From: Piedraia hortae CBS 480.64
Lineage: Eukaryota
Reading direction: 5' to 3'
DNA: 64,000 bases
NCBI GenBank assembly: GCA_010093745.1
Contig: MU005958.1
Coordinates: 496,001-560,000, forward strand
The translations under genes were made by a program, and so were the position numbers. The notes beneath the pieces are model-generated. The model was given only the letters and a program-made list of their open reading frames with translations, made no database searches and was not told the DNA's origin. This document shows positions 1 through 11,911 of this stretch, in pieces (the first letter of the stretch is position 1; each line of letters opens with the position of its first letter).

Positions 1-269
1 ATTGCCTCCGTATGTCAGCGTCGAGCGCTCTTCACTAACTCATTCCGAGGAAACTTTCGAGAATCTCTACTGAGACGACGAGTTTTCCCCGAGCAGGACT
101 GTACGTTAACCTTCCCTGCTCATCAAAAAGCTCTGAGTAGTCACTTAATATCTCGCCGACATTGCTGCAGAAAATCAGAAAAGGCATGGTAGAAATGTAT
201 TGGTGTAGTTCATGTCATAAGATGACGATAGTTATCCTCCGACTACTCATCACTGCCAAACCACCCCCA

Positions 270-570
270 CCCCAGCCTTCTCCCCCTCTCCCCCCGAAAA
301 CTCATCAAACCTCGCATCCCTATCCCACACATTCCCCAACTCTGATTCCTCCCTCCTTCGACGCAGCAACACGCTTAAAATATCGAATCCGATGCATCGG
401 GATCTACTTCTCCTTATCTTTATCCCTAACCCACGCATCTGCATGAAGCTCCTTCATCCCCTCAAACCTCTCCGCGTATCCAATCACATAGTCCGCAACG
501 TCCAGGTTCGGGTCCCAGTAGAGTCTATTCAGAATTTTCGGTCCGGGTGTTAATTTTCCTTTGGGGCCTT
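270..570 (-). pseudogene. Degenerate MJ1316 (RNA cyclic-end recognition, LENG9/DUF504-like) domain remnant
   Basis: Manual minus-strand translation gives KLTPGPKILNRLYWDPNLDVADYVIGYAERFEGMKELHADAWVRDKDKEK*IPMHRIRYFKR, then VWDRDARFDEF after a frameshift. This matches the family pattern (ILNRLxWD...YVIGYxDRF...IPxHRIxYF...VWDR). In-frame TAG at 404-406 and a frameshift near 330. Confidence 0.7.
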
Positions 571-2146
571 GAGATTGGAGTTGGGAGGGGGGGGGGTTAT
601 CCTGCGTGAGTTCTTTGCCTTGGAGTTGGTGTGGCGGTGTAGTTCGACACGCGGGTTGGTGTGCTCGGTGGCATTGTTGTGTTTAAATTTAGGACAATGG
701 GATAGTGCGAGAGTATGCTGATGGGTGCGCCTTGCCATTGTTTGAGCTGAAAAATAATCGTGGTGTTTGTTTAAGTTGTTGAGTTATGTTGGGTGTGGTT
801 GGGATTTTTATGGAGGGATGCTGTGTGACTGACTTGTCGAGGACTACTGTTGCGAGGTGTCTTTTTCCATGGCAAAGGGGGGGGGGGTTTCTGTGTATCA
901 CCAGACCATCTTGTCGTTTTTGACCCTAGCGGACCCAATTGCATCGTCACACCACTTCCATATCGCAATGCCACATTAGCATCCAAGATAAATCATCTTA
1001 TGACCCATGAGCTTTCAGTCGATCTGTTCACTGATCAACACCAAGCTCACAAGATCTTTCTATGCGAATGAGTCATGATGAGAATATTCCGCTGTCTCAC
1101 TTACGAATTTCACACACATATTAACAATATTGCTTGGATTGATTCTTGGGTTTGGTTCAAATCGTTGTGGATGAACATAATTCAGTCAATATTGGCATGA
1201 TAAGTATCTCCAGGCGATTGGTAAATTTGAAGGACTCAACCATCCTAGGAAGATAGAATTGTGCGTACTATGATACCTGCCTACTTTTATGTGCTGCAAC
1301 GCAATAGTGCACGGTCATACGTTATCGGACGCCGGCGTGGCACCAAATCTGTTATGGAAATCTGATTGGCTTCAATCTTCTATGAGAACACTATTCTACT
1401 ATACCACCATGCATCGATTAGCTTCCATCGCAAACGTCTGAAAAGCTTGCTTCGGTGGGAAAAACTATCTTTCCCTGCTTCATCCAAGACAATATCACAA
1501 TCGCCGAGCAGCAGATCCGTCACGGCTTGTGACATCTCCAGTGTTCATTCCCCCTCAATCCGAAAAAGACTCCTGTGATGCGCAGTTCGGATGAAAAGGC
1601 ATGAATACACCCATGTTGCCCAGTTCCTAAGGCGGGAATGGAAACTGAACGGAGAGGACCATGTACCGTATACCTCATGTTAAAGGTGATTAGGTTTCAC
1701 AGACCTACTTATCCCGTCATCTGACATCAAGTTCTATGTACTTGGTATATATCTTTTTCTTTTTTCTTAAAAAGAAAAAAAAGCCGAAAGATGAACAGCC
1801 GTGGCAGTCTTACCCCCGTTGCCAGAGTGCCGTGGCAATTTCAGAGGTATAGATGTACAGAGATGGGTTCGAAGATATCAAAGTTTGAGCTGTAAAGGAA
1901 ATCTGCTCAGCTCGTTTTTACTTCTTGGCAGAGGGAACTCCGCCCATGCTGCAGATTTTGTAATTACAACCCTTTCCTCGTCGCGAGGCCTTCCTATCCT
2001 ACACCATTCTCTACACTTTGTTATCGCTACACCATGCTGCGAAACCCACCGCATCTCCGCAAGACTTCCACACGGAGCATCTCTACTGTACACCAACCCC
2101 ATATTCTTACACGAGTGAAGTAATCATACACGCCGCAAAACCCACT

Positions 2147-2168
2147 CCCCCCCCCCCCCCCCCCCCCC
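2147..2168. repeat. Poly-C (C22) homopolymer just 3' of the IF2 stop
   Basis: Directly visible. Shorter G tracts occur at ~587-596, ~876-887 and ~50398-50410. Confidence 0.9.
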
Positions 2169-2183
2169 TTTCATCTCAAACAC

Positions 2184-4967
2184 CTAAATATCAACCCTCC
2201 TCCTCTCCCTCCCAACCTCCAACATCTGAATCACATCGCCCACCTCAAACCCCTCAAACCCCTCAACTGCAACCCCACATTCACTCCCCTTCTTCATCTC
2301 CTCCACATCCTTCTTCACATTCTTAAGCGAAGCAACCCTAGTCTCAGTTACCTCCTCTTGTCCCCTGACAACCCTCACAGGACAATTGATCCTGATACTC
2401 CCATTTCGGACTTTACACCCCGCAATGCGGATCTTCTTCTTCCCCGCAACGGCAATGTCAAAAACCTGACAAACCTCCGCCTCACCTACAACCCGTTTGA
2501 TTTCAATCTCCGGGAGGAGTGATTCCATTAGCTCGCGGAGCTGGTCGCGGAGGTGGTAAATGATGTTGCTTGATAGGATGGGAACGTTAGCGCGTTTGGC
2601 CGAGGCTTTGGTTGATTCGGGAACGGGGAGGTTGAAGGTTAGGATGTGGGCGCGTGAAGCAGAGGCGAAGTCAATGTCGCTGGGTGTGATTCCGCCGATG
2701 CCGGTTCGGAGGATTAAGGGTTTGATTAGGGGCGTGGTGAGGGTGTGGAGGTAGGGGGTTATGGCCTCGCAGGAGCCGGAAACGTCCGTTTTGAGGACTA
2801 GGGGGACGGTGATTTGGCCTTGTTGGGGGATAGGGGGAATGTTTTCCTCCTCCTCTTCTTTGGCGAGGGCTTGGCGGCGAGAGGTGTTGATGGCTTCAAT
2901 GTCTTTTTCGCTTTTTCGGCGGGAGAAGAGTTTTTCACGGTATGAGACGACGCTGGTGGCATGGTGTTCGGACGAGGCTTGGAGGACTTCGTCTCCCGCC
3001 GTGGGCTGGTCGCGCCAGCCGTCGACCTCAACCGGGAATCCGGGGGTTACGGAGGTTAGGGATGCTCCGCTTTCGTTGCGAAGGGAGCGAACCCGTGCCC
3101 ACGTCCGGCCGGCGACTAGAATGCTCCCCACTTTGAGGGTTCCGCGGCGGATGAGGATGGTCGCTACACGGCCAAATTTTTTTGTAGATGCCTCCAATAC
3201 CCAGCCTTCAACGGACCCGGTAGCAGAAGCACGGTGATCGAGGATTTCGGACAAAGTTACGATGCTCTCCTCTAGGGAGTCCATCCCTTGGCCTGTTTTT
3301 CCCGAGACTGGCACAACTTGGACATCACCGCCGTAGTCTTCAATCTCAACGCTGTGACGGCTGAGATCGCTTTTGACCTTTTCCAGATCTGCACCGTCTT
3401 TGTCGATTTTGTTAACAGCCACGATGATGGGAACGTTGGCGTTACGGGCGTGTTTCAGCGCTTCCAGCGTTTGCGGCTTGACCGAGTCGTCTGCTGCTAC
3501 GACTAGGACGACAATATCGGTCACGTTCGCTCCACGCTGACGCATGGCGAGAAAGGCAGCATGGCCGGGCGTGTCTAAAAATGTAATGGTCTTCGCGGAA
3601 TTTGCAAGAGGCACGGAAAAGGCTCCAATGTGCTGTGTGATGCCGCCAGCCTCGCCTGCCGCCACTGAACTCTTGCGGAGGTAGTCCAGGATGGTGGTCT
3701 TGCCGTGGTCGACATGGCCCATGATGGTTACTACAGGCGGTCTGGCGGGCAACGAGGATGTGTCATCCAATGCCGGCTGGGCTTTCAAGTCCTTGTCAGA
3801 GTCTTCGCTGTCAGCTTCAAAGACTGGCTCAAAGTCGTATTCCATGGCAATCAAGCCGCTGGTTTCCGAGTTCAGCACCATGCCGGGGAAGATGTCGTCG
3901 TAGCCGAGCCTCTGCAGTCGACGGGTGAAGCTTTCATAGTGGACGCCCATCATCTGTGCCAGACGAGCCACGTCTATGAATTCAGGGAGGTGGAGCTTGC
4001 TCTTTTCCGTTTTGTCATTCTGTTCTCTCTGCGCACGTTTGGCAGCTTTGCGAGCGGCCCGCTTCTGCCTGACCGTTTGCATGTCATCGTCTTCGTCGTG
4101 CTGTGGACGTCCGCGTTTGCTTTTACGCGGTTCATCGTCGTCATTTACCGCCCACCTCGGGCGACGCTGGACAGTTTCCTGTCTGACGTGCTGTCTTGCA
4201 GCCGACTTATCAGGTTCGGCAGCGATATTCTCTTGCTGAGAAGGCTCCTTAGGTTGCTCAAGACTGGCTGTGGCTTCCTCCCCCGTCTTTTCAACCGCCA
4301 TTTTCGGCGTCTGCACCAATCTCGTCACATCAGCCGACTGTTTAGGCTCTTTCAATTCCTCATTCTGATCAGAGTGCAAGCCTTTTGACTCTCCCTTCTT
4401 CACCCCCCCTTTTCTATCCTTATTTACCACTACAGACCCAAGTTCAATCCTCCTCCTCACACCATCACCGTAATCCCCTCTCTCCTTGACGTGTTCCCTG
4501 AACCTCTGCTCAATCTCTTCATCCGTAAGGGGGACTTTTTTATCCTTGGCATCCACTTCCCCCTCCTCAACTAAGCTCTTAACCCCAGCCCCCGACCCCC
4601 AAGCCCCGGTCGAGGGGAAACTGAACCCCCCACCATCACTCTTCCCCCCGAAGACAGGTTTCTTGATGGGAACTCTGGGAGGGGGTGTCCATCGCGGTGC
4701 TGCCCTCTGCGGAGCAACCCTCTGCGAAGAATCTCTCCTGAAGGTATCGTTCCGGGGAGTATCCTTCTGTGGAGTCTCCCTCCTCGTCTGTGCATCATTC
4801 TTAGGCGAAGCATTCCCCCTCCTCTCCCCCCCCAACCCAAGTAGCTCAGCAATAGGTCTAACCCTCCTCCTTTGCGCCTGCTGTATCGCATTTTGTCTCT
4901 CCTCCTCTAATCTAAGTTTCGAGGATGTGGCAAATGACCTTTTACAGGGGAGACATATTCGTCGCAT
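2184..4967 (-). CDS. IFM1: Mitochondrial translation initiation factor IF-2
   Basis: GTPase motifs [14 protein letters not shown] and NKID; IF2 signature [11 protein letters not shown]-terminal [19 protein letters not shown]. The first ATG (4967) gives an Arg-rich presequence-like N-terminus. Intronless. Confidence 0.95.
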   Translation of the reverse strand: MRRICLPCKRSFATSSKLRLEEERQNAIQQAQRRRVRPIAELLGLGGERRGNASPKNDAQTRRETPQKDTPRNDTFRRDSSQRVAPQRAAPRWTPPPRVPIKKPVFGGKSDGGGFSFPSTGAWGSGAGVKSLVEEGEVDAKDKKVPLTDEEIEQRFREHVKERGDYGDGVRRRIELGSVVVNKDRKGGVKKGESKGLHSDQNEELKEPKQSADVTRLVQTPKMAVEKTGEEATASLEQPKEPSQQENIAAEPDKSAARQHVRQETVQRRPRWAVNDDDEPRKSKRGRPQHDEDDDMQTVRQKRAARKAAKRAQREQNDKTEKSKLHLPEFIDVARLAQMMGVHYESFTRRLQRLGYDDIFPGMVLNSETSGLIAMEYDFEPVFEADSEDSDKDLKAQPALDDTSSLPARPPVVTIMGHVDHGKTTILDYLRKSSVAAGEAGGITQHIGAFSVPLANSAKTITFLDTPGHAAFLAMRQRGANVTDIVVLVVAADDSVKPQTLEALKHARNANVPIIVAVNKIDKDGADLEKVKSDLSRHSVEIEDYGGDVQVVPVSGKTGQGMDSLEESIVTLSEILDHRASATGSVEGWVLEASTKKFGRVATILIRRGTLKVGSILVAGRTWARVRSLRNESGASLTSVTPGFPVEVDGWRDQPTAGDEVLQASSEHHATSVVSYREKLFSRRKSEKDIEAINTSRRQALAKEEEEENIPPIPQQGQITVPLVLKTDVSGSCEAITPYLHTLTTPLIKPLILRTGIGGITPSDIDFASASRAHILTFNLPVPESTKASAKRANVPILSSNIIYHLRDQLRELMESLLPEIEIKRVVGEAEVCQVFDIAVAGKKKIRIAGCKVRNGSIRINCPVRVVRGQEEVTETRVASLKNVKKDVEEMKKGSECGVAVEGFEGFEVGDVIQMLEVGRERRRVDI

Positions 4968-5128
4968 GGTCCACGAAAGTGGATGGAGGATTTTGTGCAA
5001 CAGAGAGCGCAGGTTTCCTGATTGAGACTAGCGCAGTCGTGGGGACACGGATATTTTCTTTTTTTTTTTTTTTTGGGAGGGAGGGGAGGAAAGGGGGTAG
5101 ACGGGACTCGGATTTTTGTGGAAGAATA

Positions 5129-6043
5129 ATGGCAGAGAAGAAGTTCAAGAGCGAGGAGACTGTGTCATCTTCGGAGGAATCGGAAAGAGAGGATGGGGCG
5201 AGGGATGGTTCTGCCGAGTCGGAGTCTGCGCAGTCTGCCTCAGAGGCATCAGATGCAGAGTCAAAGTCGGACGCAGAATCGGACGTAGAACCAGGCGCAG
5301 ACGCAGAGTCCAGCAGCAGCAACAGCAACAGCGACAGCAAACCCAAGAGCAAGAACGAAACCAAGAACGACGACAACAGCAACCCCCCCACCACGACAAC
5401 TCCTCAGAAATACAGCCCCCCACAAGGCTACTCTCTCTCCACGCACACCCAACCCCCCCTCCCGGATCCCGAATCAGAGATTTATATCCTCACAGCCCCA
5501 TCCTCCCTCCCCCTCTCAGAACTGACCGCCCACCTCAAGCTCCCCGCCCCTCAGAAGTTAAAGCACAATGGGAGGGAATATAACCTGCACTCTCGCGAGA
5601 TACAATCTACAGTCCTCTTTCCGCTTGAGGGGGGAAGGTACGGCGAGGGGAGAACCGTCAAGGGCGGGTTGAGGATTGAGGAGAGCGTACAGTTGGTAGG
5701 CAGAAAGGATCTAGGGAGTGCTGCTGCGGCGAGTGTAGCTGAGCCGGCGGTGGAGAGGTCGAGGGAACAGCCTAGAGGGTTGAAGATGAGGTGGAGGCCA
5801 CCCGGGACGGGGGAGGGGAAAAGGGGGTGGGAGAGTGAGCAGGAGGAAGAAGAAGAAAAAGAAGAAGAAGAGGAAAAGAGGGAGGAAGGATTGCAGTTTC
5901 CAAGCGCGTTGGGGGGATGTAATACCGAACTGGAGGGGAAGAAAAATAAGACGAAGAAGAGGGAGAAACATGGGGAGAAACATGAAAAGAAGAGAAAACA
6001 TAAAGATGACAAGGACAGTCGGAAGATAAGAAAAATAACATAG
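5129..6043 (+). CDS. RPA34: RNA polymerase I subunit A34.5-like protein
   Basis: Acidic/Ser-rich N-terminus, YSPPQGY, IYILTAPSSLPL, QPRGLKMRWRPPG and a Lys-rich C-terminal tail. ATG at 5129. Confidence 0.75.
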   Translation: MAEKKFKSEETVSSSEESEREDGARDGSAESESAQSASEASDAESKSDAESDVEPGADAESSSSNSNSDSKPKSKNETKNDDNSNPPTTTTPQKYSPPQGYSLSTHTQPPLPDPESEIYILTAPSSLPLSELTAHLKLPAPQKLKHNGREYNLHSREIQSTVLFPLEGGRYGEGRTVKGGLRIEESVQLVGRKDLGSAAAASVAEPAVERSREQPRGLKMRWRPPGTGEGKRGWESEQEEEEEKEEEEEKREEGLQFPSALGGCNTELEGKKNKTKKREKHGEKHEKKRKHKDDKDSRKIRKIT

Positions 6044-6096
6044 CTCCAAATACTCGTGTCTCGTACATCTCAGTGACTAGGAAGGATTACTCACCT

Positions 6097-8483
6097 CTAC
6101 CTCGTGATGATCAGGCCAAATCCGTCTATCCACGCTCCGCTACTGCCGTATACACCGGCAACGCTGTACCCCCTCGGTGGGATCAGCGTGTGTCTGTCCA
6201 AGGTCAGCCTAATTTCAATTGCATATGTATATAACCTACCCGGAACCACCAGTAGCATTCCCAAACATGTCACTCCTTCGTCCCGTGTTGGTCAATATCT
6301 GGATGCCGTCAATCCAAAACCCGGCTCGCACGTTGAAGCCGATAATCATCTCCCCTCTTCTGGTGTCGAGCACAAAGTCTGATCCGCCCTTCTTGCCGCC
6401 TCGCTTGCCAAAAAGCTGCTTTTCCCCATCGTCGTAGAAGAACTCCAGCCCGTCCAAGCTGTTCCCGTGATAGACGCGCACGCTGCGGAGCAGACGGGAA
6501 GGCTTCAGACACCAGCCCAGGATCAGCTCCTGCGGCTGACTACCTTGCATCTGGGAGAAGCCGAGCTGGGAACTCTTGAAACCTGGACGTCCATCCGGCA
6601 GTTTGATGCGAGTCTGCTTGGAAACGAGCTGTGAGAAGTCATCGACTTCCTTATCGCCGCCACCGCACGAAAACACTTTGATCTTCAGCTTCTTCTTGCG
6701 CTTATCAGCAGGCAAGGGCTCCTTGATCATGTCGTCGGTCAGCTGTACCTGCTTAGGGGATGCCACCGCCGGCGCTGCGTGGTCGGCGTACTCGATCCAG
6801 TGATGACACACACCGTCACCTTCGGGAAATAGCTCTATCCAGGCAATTCCCGTGGCGGCTGTGATGAGCACGTTTCCGTTCTCCACGCCCCAAACCTGCA
6901 CGCTATTGTCAGGACTGGCAGGGGCATCAGACGGCAGCCGAAAGCAGGGATGATAACGGAAGCGTAGAGCGTCCAGCCGGTGCCACGAACATTCGTCTTG
7001 CGGTCGGCACAACCTCAAGCCTTCGCAGTTCCTACGCGTCGAAAAGGCTTCGCGAGAAAGAAACGACCGGTTTAAGCGAGTGTAATCGCGCAACATGATG
7101 CCCGATTCTTGATGTGGACAGCCCAGCAAATGGCCCGTCTCGTGCAGATGGGCTCCGATGCCGATATTGGCCGCTTCCCAGCTGCATCCAGCCTCGTTGC
7201 AGTCGTTGGCCACAAAGTTTGTGTCGGTCGGCGTGCAGTCGGAGAAAGCGGGCACAACCTCCTCAATGTGAGACGGATAAGAGTAGAGACAGTGAGATCC
7301 AAAAATGGCCAGCCGGATCAAATCGTCACCGCCGCCGAGAGCCGCGTGTCCGCGGATAGTGCCGACTTGCTTATCCCAATGCGAGTCCAGAAACATGCAC
7401 GATACATACTGCGGATAGCCTGGTCGCGGGGCAAAGTAGGCTCGCACGGCATCTTTTGCGATGCTGAACAAATCGCCCTTTTTCTGAGCTGGCCCATACT
7501 GCTGAGCAAGATCCAAATCTTGAATTTCATTGACCGACTGCTTCAGCCTGATGATGTGAACTTTGACTTCGTTTCGCATCTGACCCGTAGTGTAATCACG
7601 CCATGAAAGAGTGCCTGGTTGCCACTCTTCTTCGTATCTATAACACCTCCGACCAAATCCGTTCTTGTTCATCTGCTCGGCGGTATAGCATTGCCAAAGA
7701 TACGCCATCATCTTGAACTTTCTGACGGCTGTTGCGAGACCATTGCCTTCTCTCTGCACTCTCTGAGGCGGTGCATCAAACGTTTCTGGAGAGTCCCTCG
7801 CCAGCAGGATGCACAACTGCAAAGGAGGCGCACCGATGAGCGGGAGAAAGTTGATGTTGAACCACGAAGTATGGACAACTGGCTGATCATTTTGAGAGGG
7901 GAGCTTTGGAGAAGTAAAGTCTAGACGGATGCGATTGGGACCCGGCTGCAGATGGATCAGCGCTTTGAAATAGGAATCGCAAACGGGCCATTGCGTTTCT
8001 GGAAAGGTATTTTGGTGGTGCCAAATCGTCATCGTCCCATCGATCGGACGCTGAACATCGGCAGCTTCGCCGTATATCAAAAGCACCTTTTGGTGCACCT
8101 GAACTGTCAGTTCTGCGCCTTCCAGATACCAAAATACTCACCCACGACCCGTCGGATATGGAAAGTACCCGCGGTGCCAGGGGAGACGTCGTCATCTTGT
8201 TCACGTTCTCGGTACTCTGGTGTAAGCTATATCGGGTGGAATTGCTATTATGGTGCCACAGCCCCGAAGTTGGTCTGCTAGCTGGAGATTTCCGGCGATT
8301 GCCGTTTGAAGCTGCTGTGTTCACTGCGTTCGCGTTGAGATCCGCATGCGAGCTTTGGGTGGAAAGCGAATTGTTGTCGCTCGCGCCCTCGTTACCCGTC
8401 GAATTGGACAATGCATTTTTCCCCGAACTGTGCGTTACCTTGTGGAGTCCGCGTAGGGTTAGGTCCTTCATGAACGACGGCAT
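6097..8483 (-). CDS. Zinc metallopeptidase with C-terminal jacalin-like lectin domain (YIL108W-like)
   Basis: HETGHLLGCPH zincin motif; jacalin-like C-terminus (GFNVRAGFWIDGIQI...GAWIDGFG). Three exons with GT-AG introns at 8099-8141 and 6194-6239 that restore the frame. Confidence 0.85.
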
Positions 8484-8610
8484 CGCCAATGTCGCCGTCA
8501 GACTGGTGGCTAGCTGTGAAAGTGGCGCCGATGAGGTCAGCTCTTACTCGATTTGATCTCCGAGCCCACTCCAGCCGTTGTACGTCATCCGGAAGTTGAC
8601 AGAGCTCTAA

Positions 8611-8696
8611 TCACGTGACAACTCAATGACCGTTCGTCATTCTTTCCCTCTGGCCGTCCTTTCACATGCGACATGACGTTTCAAAGTATCACGTGA
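8611..8696. promoter_or_regulatory. Two TCACGTGA E-box (Cbf1/SREBP-type bHLH) motifs in a divergent promoter
   Basis: TCACGTGA at 8611-8618 and 8689-8696, between the peptidase and Whi5-like genes. Similar motifs at 14551-14558 and 29913-29920 lie in other divergent promoters. Confidence 0.45.
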
Positions 8697-8895
8697 CCAA
8701 CATGCAAGGAGGGGTTAGCTTTGGCGGCGCGGTAGGGTTAGGACAGGCCAGCGGCACACAAACTCTAACGTGGCCAGGAAACCAAGCGCAACGACCGGAT
8801 GTGGAATCGTGCGGTGTAACGTTATTGGCCGTAGCCGCCCGTCTGGCTTTGCGAAAAGACTTTTGATTAGGGGAATCCTTCCCTTCTGCACCACC

Positions 8896-9978
8896 ATGAA
8901 CGAGACACACGGGGAAGATGTGGCCAGCAAGGTGCTGAGACGGGTACAGGTGTCAAAGGTGAGACCCGACATGTTGACATCGACATTGACACGTTGCTTA
9001 CGTTTGGCTCAGATTGCCCGCACTCTGCAGGACCGTCTGGCGCTGGCCAACGTCAAGATGCAAAACGGCTGGGAAAACATGAGCCTGGAGGCCATTGAGC
9101 CGCAGATCAAACGGAAACGACCAAACTCCAGCAACGAGGCATCAGACACGGCGTCAACCGTCTCAAGCAGGTTCAATTCAAGCAGCGGCATCGATTCGTC
9201 GCCGCTGACTGGGCCAATGTACTCGGACGATTTCGTACGATCGTGCAGCAGTCCGAGCAAGAGACGCAGACTGCGGCCAGCAGCTTCCTTGCCATCGTTC
9301 GACACTGCCCTCGGCCGGTCAACGAGGTGGACGAGACGGCAGACGCTAGTGCAGTCGTCGCCGTTGTCACGAGACAGACAGATTACGATGCCGCCGGCCA
9401 GCATCCTTTCCTTCATCTCCGAAGCACCAACAGCTCCGGGAAGCTCCCCTTCGCCGTCAGAGAGCGAAGATGACGATTCGGATCTACCACTTCACAGCTT
9501 TAGCCTGGCCAACAGCATCTCTTCTCCCCCTCGCACTCCCTCTCCCGACAGACGGCTACGTAAGAGCCAATCACAGTCCATTCCGTGGTCACGCACACCA
9601 AGAGGCGATGGCGATTGGTTCACATGTCAGACCAGCACACCTGGAGACGACGACACAGAACGACCTACTAGGATCACAGCACAGCCTCCATCGACTCCGC
9701 CTTGTAAGCCAACACCACTGCCTTCGAGCCACATGACACCTGGGACGACGGGTGCCGGGTTCTTGGCATTGGCACCGGCAACGCCAGGCGGACAAGTTAA
9801 TTTTGCAGAGTTTGTGAACATCACACCGAGCCCAGCGCAGGTGCCATGGACTCGAACTCCCACAACATTTCGCACGCCAGCACGACGCAGGCTAAACTTC
9901 GATAACATTATCCCCCCACCACGAACATGCCGCGGGACGGGACTGGGACTCGATCTGGGTGGAGAACTTGAGTCATGA
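8896..9978 (+). CDS. Whi5/Nrm1-family cell-cycle transcriptional repressor
   Basis: Whi5 motif LQDRLALANVKMQNGWENMSLEAIE and many S/TP sites. ATG at 8896; in-frame GT-AG intron 8959-9012. Confidence 0.7.
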   Translation: MNETHGEDVASKVLRRVQVSKVRPDMLTSTLTRCLRLAQIARTLQDRLALANVKMQNGWENMSLEAIEPQIKRKRPNSSNEASDTASTVSSRFNSSSGIDSSPLTGPMYSDDFVRSCSSPSKRRRLRPAASLPSFDTALGRSTRWTRRQTLVQSSPLSRDRQITMPPASILSFISEAPTAPGSSPSPSESEDDDSDLPLHSFSLANSISSPPRTPSPDRRLRKSQSQSIPWSRTPRGDGDWFTCQTSTPGDDDTERPTRITAQPPSTPPCKPTPLPSSHMTPGTTGAGFLALAPATPGGQVNFAEFVNITPSPAQVPWTRTPTTFRTPARRRLNFDNIIPPPRTCRGTGLGLDLGGELES

Positions 9979-10154
9979 TGAGACTTAGGGGGTGGGGGAG
10001 AAGAGAAGAGGGGGGATCTGTACGAGAATTTTTCGTTTGTTACATGTAGTCATGAGCCAAAATTATTTGAGACGCTAGCTGCTTCGAGACTGGGCGCTAA
10101 GCTGATCTGGGACGAGGCCAGGTGCAAGGTCAACGACAACGAAGACGCTCTGCC

Positions 10155-11753
10155 ATGGCTACGCTGGCCGCCTGCAACACGTCGGCTGCCCTGCTGGCCA
10201 TGCAGGGCACCGAGCTACCAGCGTCGGCTATAAAATTCCTCGACAAAACCCTCGTCCTCCTCCAGCAGATTCCAGGGTCAGCCATAGTAATCCGCTACAT
10301 TCGCTCTTCGCACCAAAACGACCCTATCCGCACCCTTGTAGAGCTCTTCCTCTTCGTATTTGCCGTACGCTACCTGCTGGCGCCGTCATACTCGACCAAG
10401 AAAGACTCGCAGGTGTCTCTAACGGAGGATGAGATTGACGAACTTGTCGATGACTGGTCGCCGGAGCCGCTGGCCGACGAAGAGACGGAGCTCGAGCGGG
10501 CGGAGAATGAGAAGCGGCCGATCATCGTCGGACCGGCGGGACCCAAATGCAAAGTCGCCGGCAGCGGTAGCAAGGTCGTCACCAACCTGGCATCGTACAA
10601 CCACTATAACTTTGCCCACAACCCAGCGCTGCAAGAGAAGGCGATTGCCGCCGTGCGAACCTACGGAGTCGGCCCATGCAGTCCACCAGGCTTCTACGGC
10701 ACACAAGACGTACACATGCGCAGCGAAGCAGACATTGCCGCCCACATCGGCACGCCAGCATGCATCATCTACGCACAAGCATTCAGCACCATCTCCTCCG
10801 TCATTCCCGCATTCAGCAAGCGAGGCGACATCATCGTCGCCGACTCGAGCGTCAACTACGCGATCCGCAAAGGCCTCCAGCTCAGCCGCAGCACAGTCCG
10901 GTGGTTCTCTCACAACGACATGTCTGACTTGGAACGGGTCCTCTCACGGATCGTATCCGAAGGCCGCGGCAAAAAACTAACCCGCCGCTTCATCGTCACG
11001 GAATCCATCTTCGAAAACGTCGGCGACATGGTCGACCTCCCGCGCCTCATCGAGCTCAAATCCCGCTACAAATTCCGAATCATCCTCGACGAGACGTGGT
11101 CCTACGGCGTCATCGGCCGCACCGGCCGCGGTCTCACCGAACACTCCCACGTCGACCCCACTCAAGTTGACATGATCGTTGGTTCCCTAGCCGGGGCAAT
11201 GGCCAGCGGAGGAGGTTTCTGCGCCGCATCGAAAGAAGTGGTCGAACACCAGCGTCTCTCAGCGTTAGCATACACCTTCTCCGCTGCCCTGCCCGCCTTC
11301 CTCGCAACAACGGCAAGCGAAACCGCACACCTACTCCAACAAAACCCCGCGTTGATCGAGTCCCTAGCGGAGAATATCCGTACCATGCGCGCCCAACTCG
11401 ACCCGCGGAGCGAGTGGGTGAGGTGTACTTCCTGCATTGAGAACCCCGTTCTGATGCTTGTGTTGAAGGAGAGCGTCGTGCACGAGCGCAGCCTCTCCCT
11501 CAAGGAGGAGGAAAACCTCCTCAACGACGTCGTGGAGGAGTGTCTCGCTAATGGTGTTTTGGTTACGAGGTTGAAGGCCATGCCGCCCGCGCTGGGGGTG
11601 GCGGATAAGGATTTGGTTAGGGAGTGGCAGCCCCGGCCCGCGATAAAGGTTTGCGTTTCGGTTGCGTTAACGAAGAGGGAGATTGAACGTGCGGGTACGG
11701 TCATAAGACATGCGGTTACGGCGGTGTGTAGGGGGAGGAAGTGGTTACGTTGA
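10155..11753 (+). CDS. LCB1: Serine palmitoyltransferase subunit 1
   Basis: YIRSSHQNDPIRTLVEL, YGVGPCSPPGFYGTQDVH, FSKRGDIIVAD and ILDETWSYGVIGRTGRG; PLP-dependent aminotransferase class I/II fold. Intronless. Confidence 0.95.
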   Translation: MATLAACNTSAALLAMQGTELPASAIKFLDKTLVLLQQIPGSAIVIRYIRSSHQNDPIRTLVELFLFVFAVRYLLAPSYSTKKDSQVSLTEDEIDELVDDWSPEPLADEETELERAENEKRPIIVGPAGPKCKVAGSGSKVVTNLASYNHYNFAHNPALQEKAIAAVRTYGVGPCSPPGFYGTQDVHMRSEADIAAHIGTPACIIYAQAFSTISSVIPAFSKRGDIIVADSSVNYAIRKGLQLSRSTVRWFSHNDMSDLERVLSRIVSEGRGKKLTRRFIVTESIFENVGDMVDLPRLIELKSRYKFRIILDETWSYGVIGRTGRGLTEHSHVDPTQVDMIVGSLAGAMASGGGFCAASKEVVEHQRLSALAYTFSAALPAFLATTASETAHLLQQNPALIESLAENIRTMRAQLDPRSEWVRCTSCIENPVLMLVLKESVVHERSLSLKEEENLLNDVVEECLANGVLVTRLKAMPPALGVADKDLVREWQPRPAIKVCVSVALTKREIERAGTVIRHAVTAVCRGRKWLR

Positions 11754-11911
11754 TGGGCTGGGATCATTTGGGGGTGTTGGGGTGTTGATGGTTGTATTCG
11801 TTGCGCTACAGAATCCGTTTAAACGCCTCGCTTGCCCTTTTATGCCGTGTGCAATCCCTTGCCTGTACAGTTCCCTCGCTTGTATCGTTCCCTCGCCCAT
11901 TCGTGTGAACG

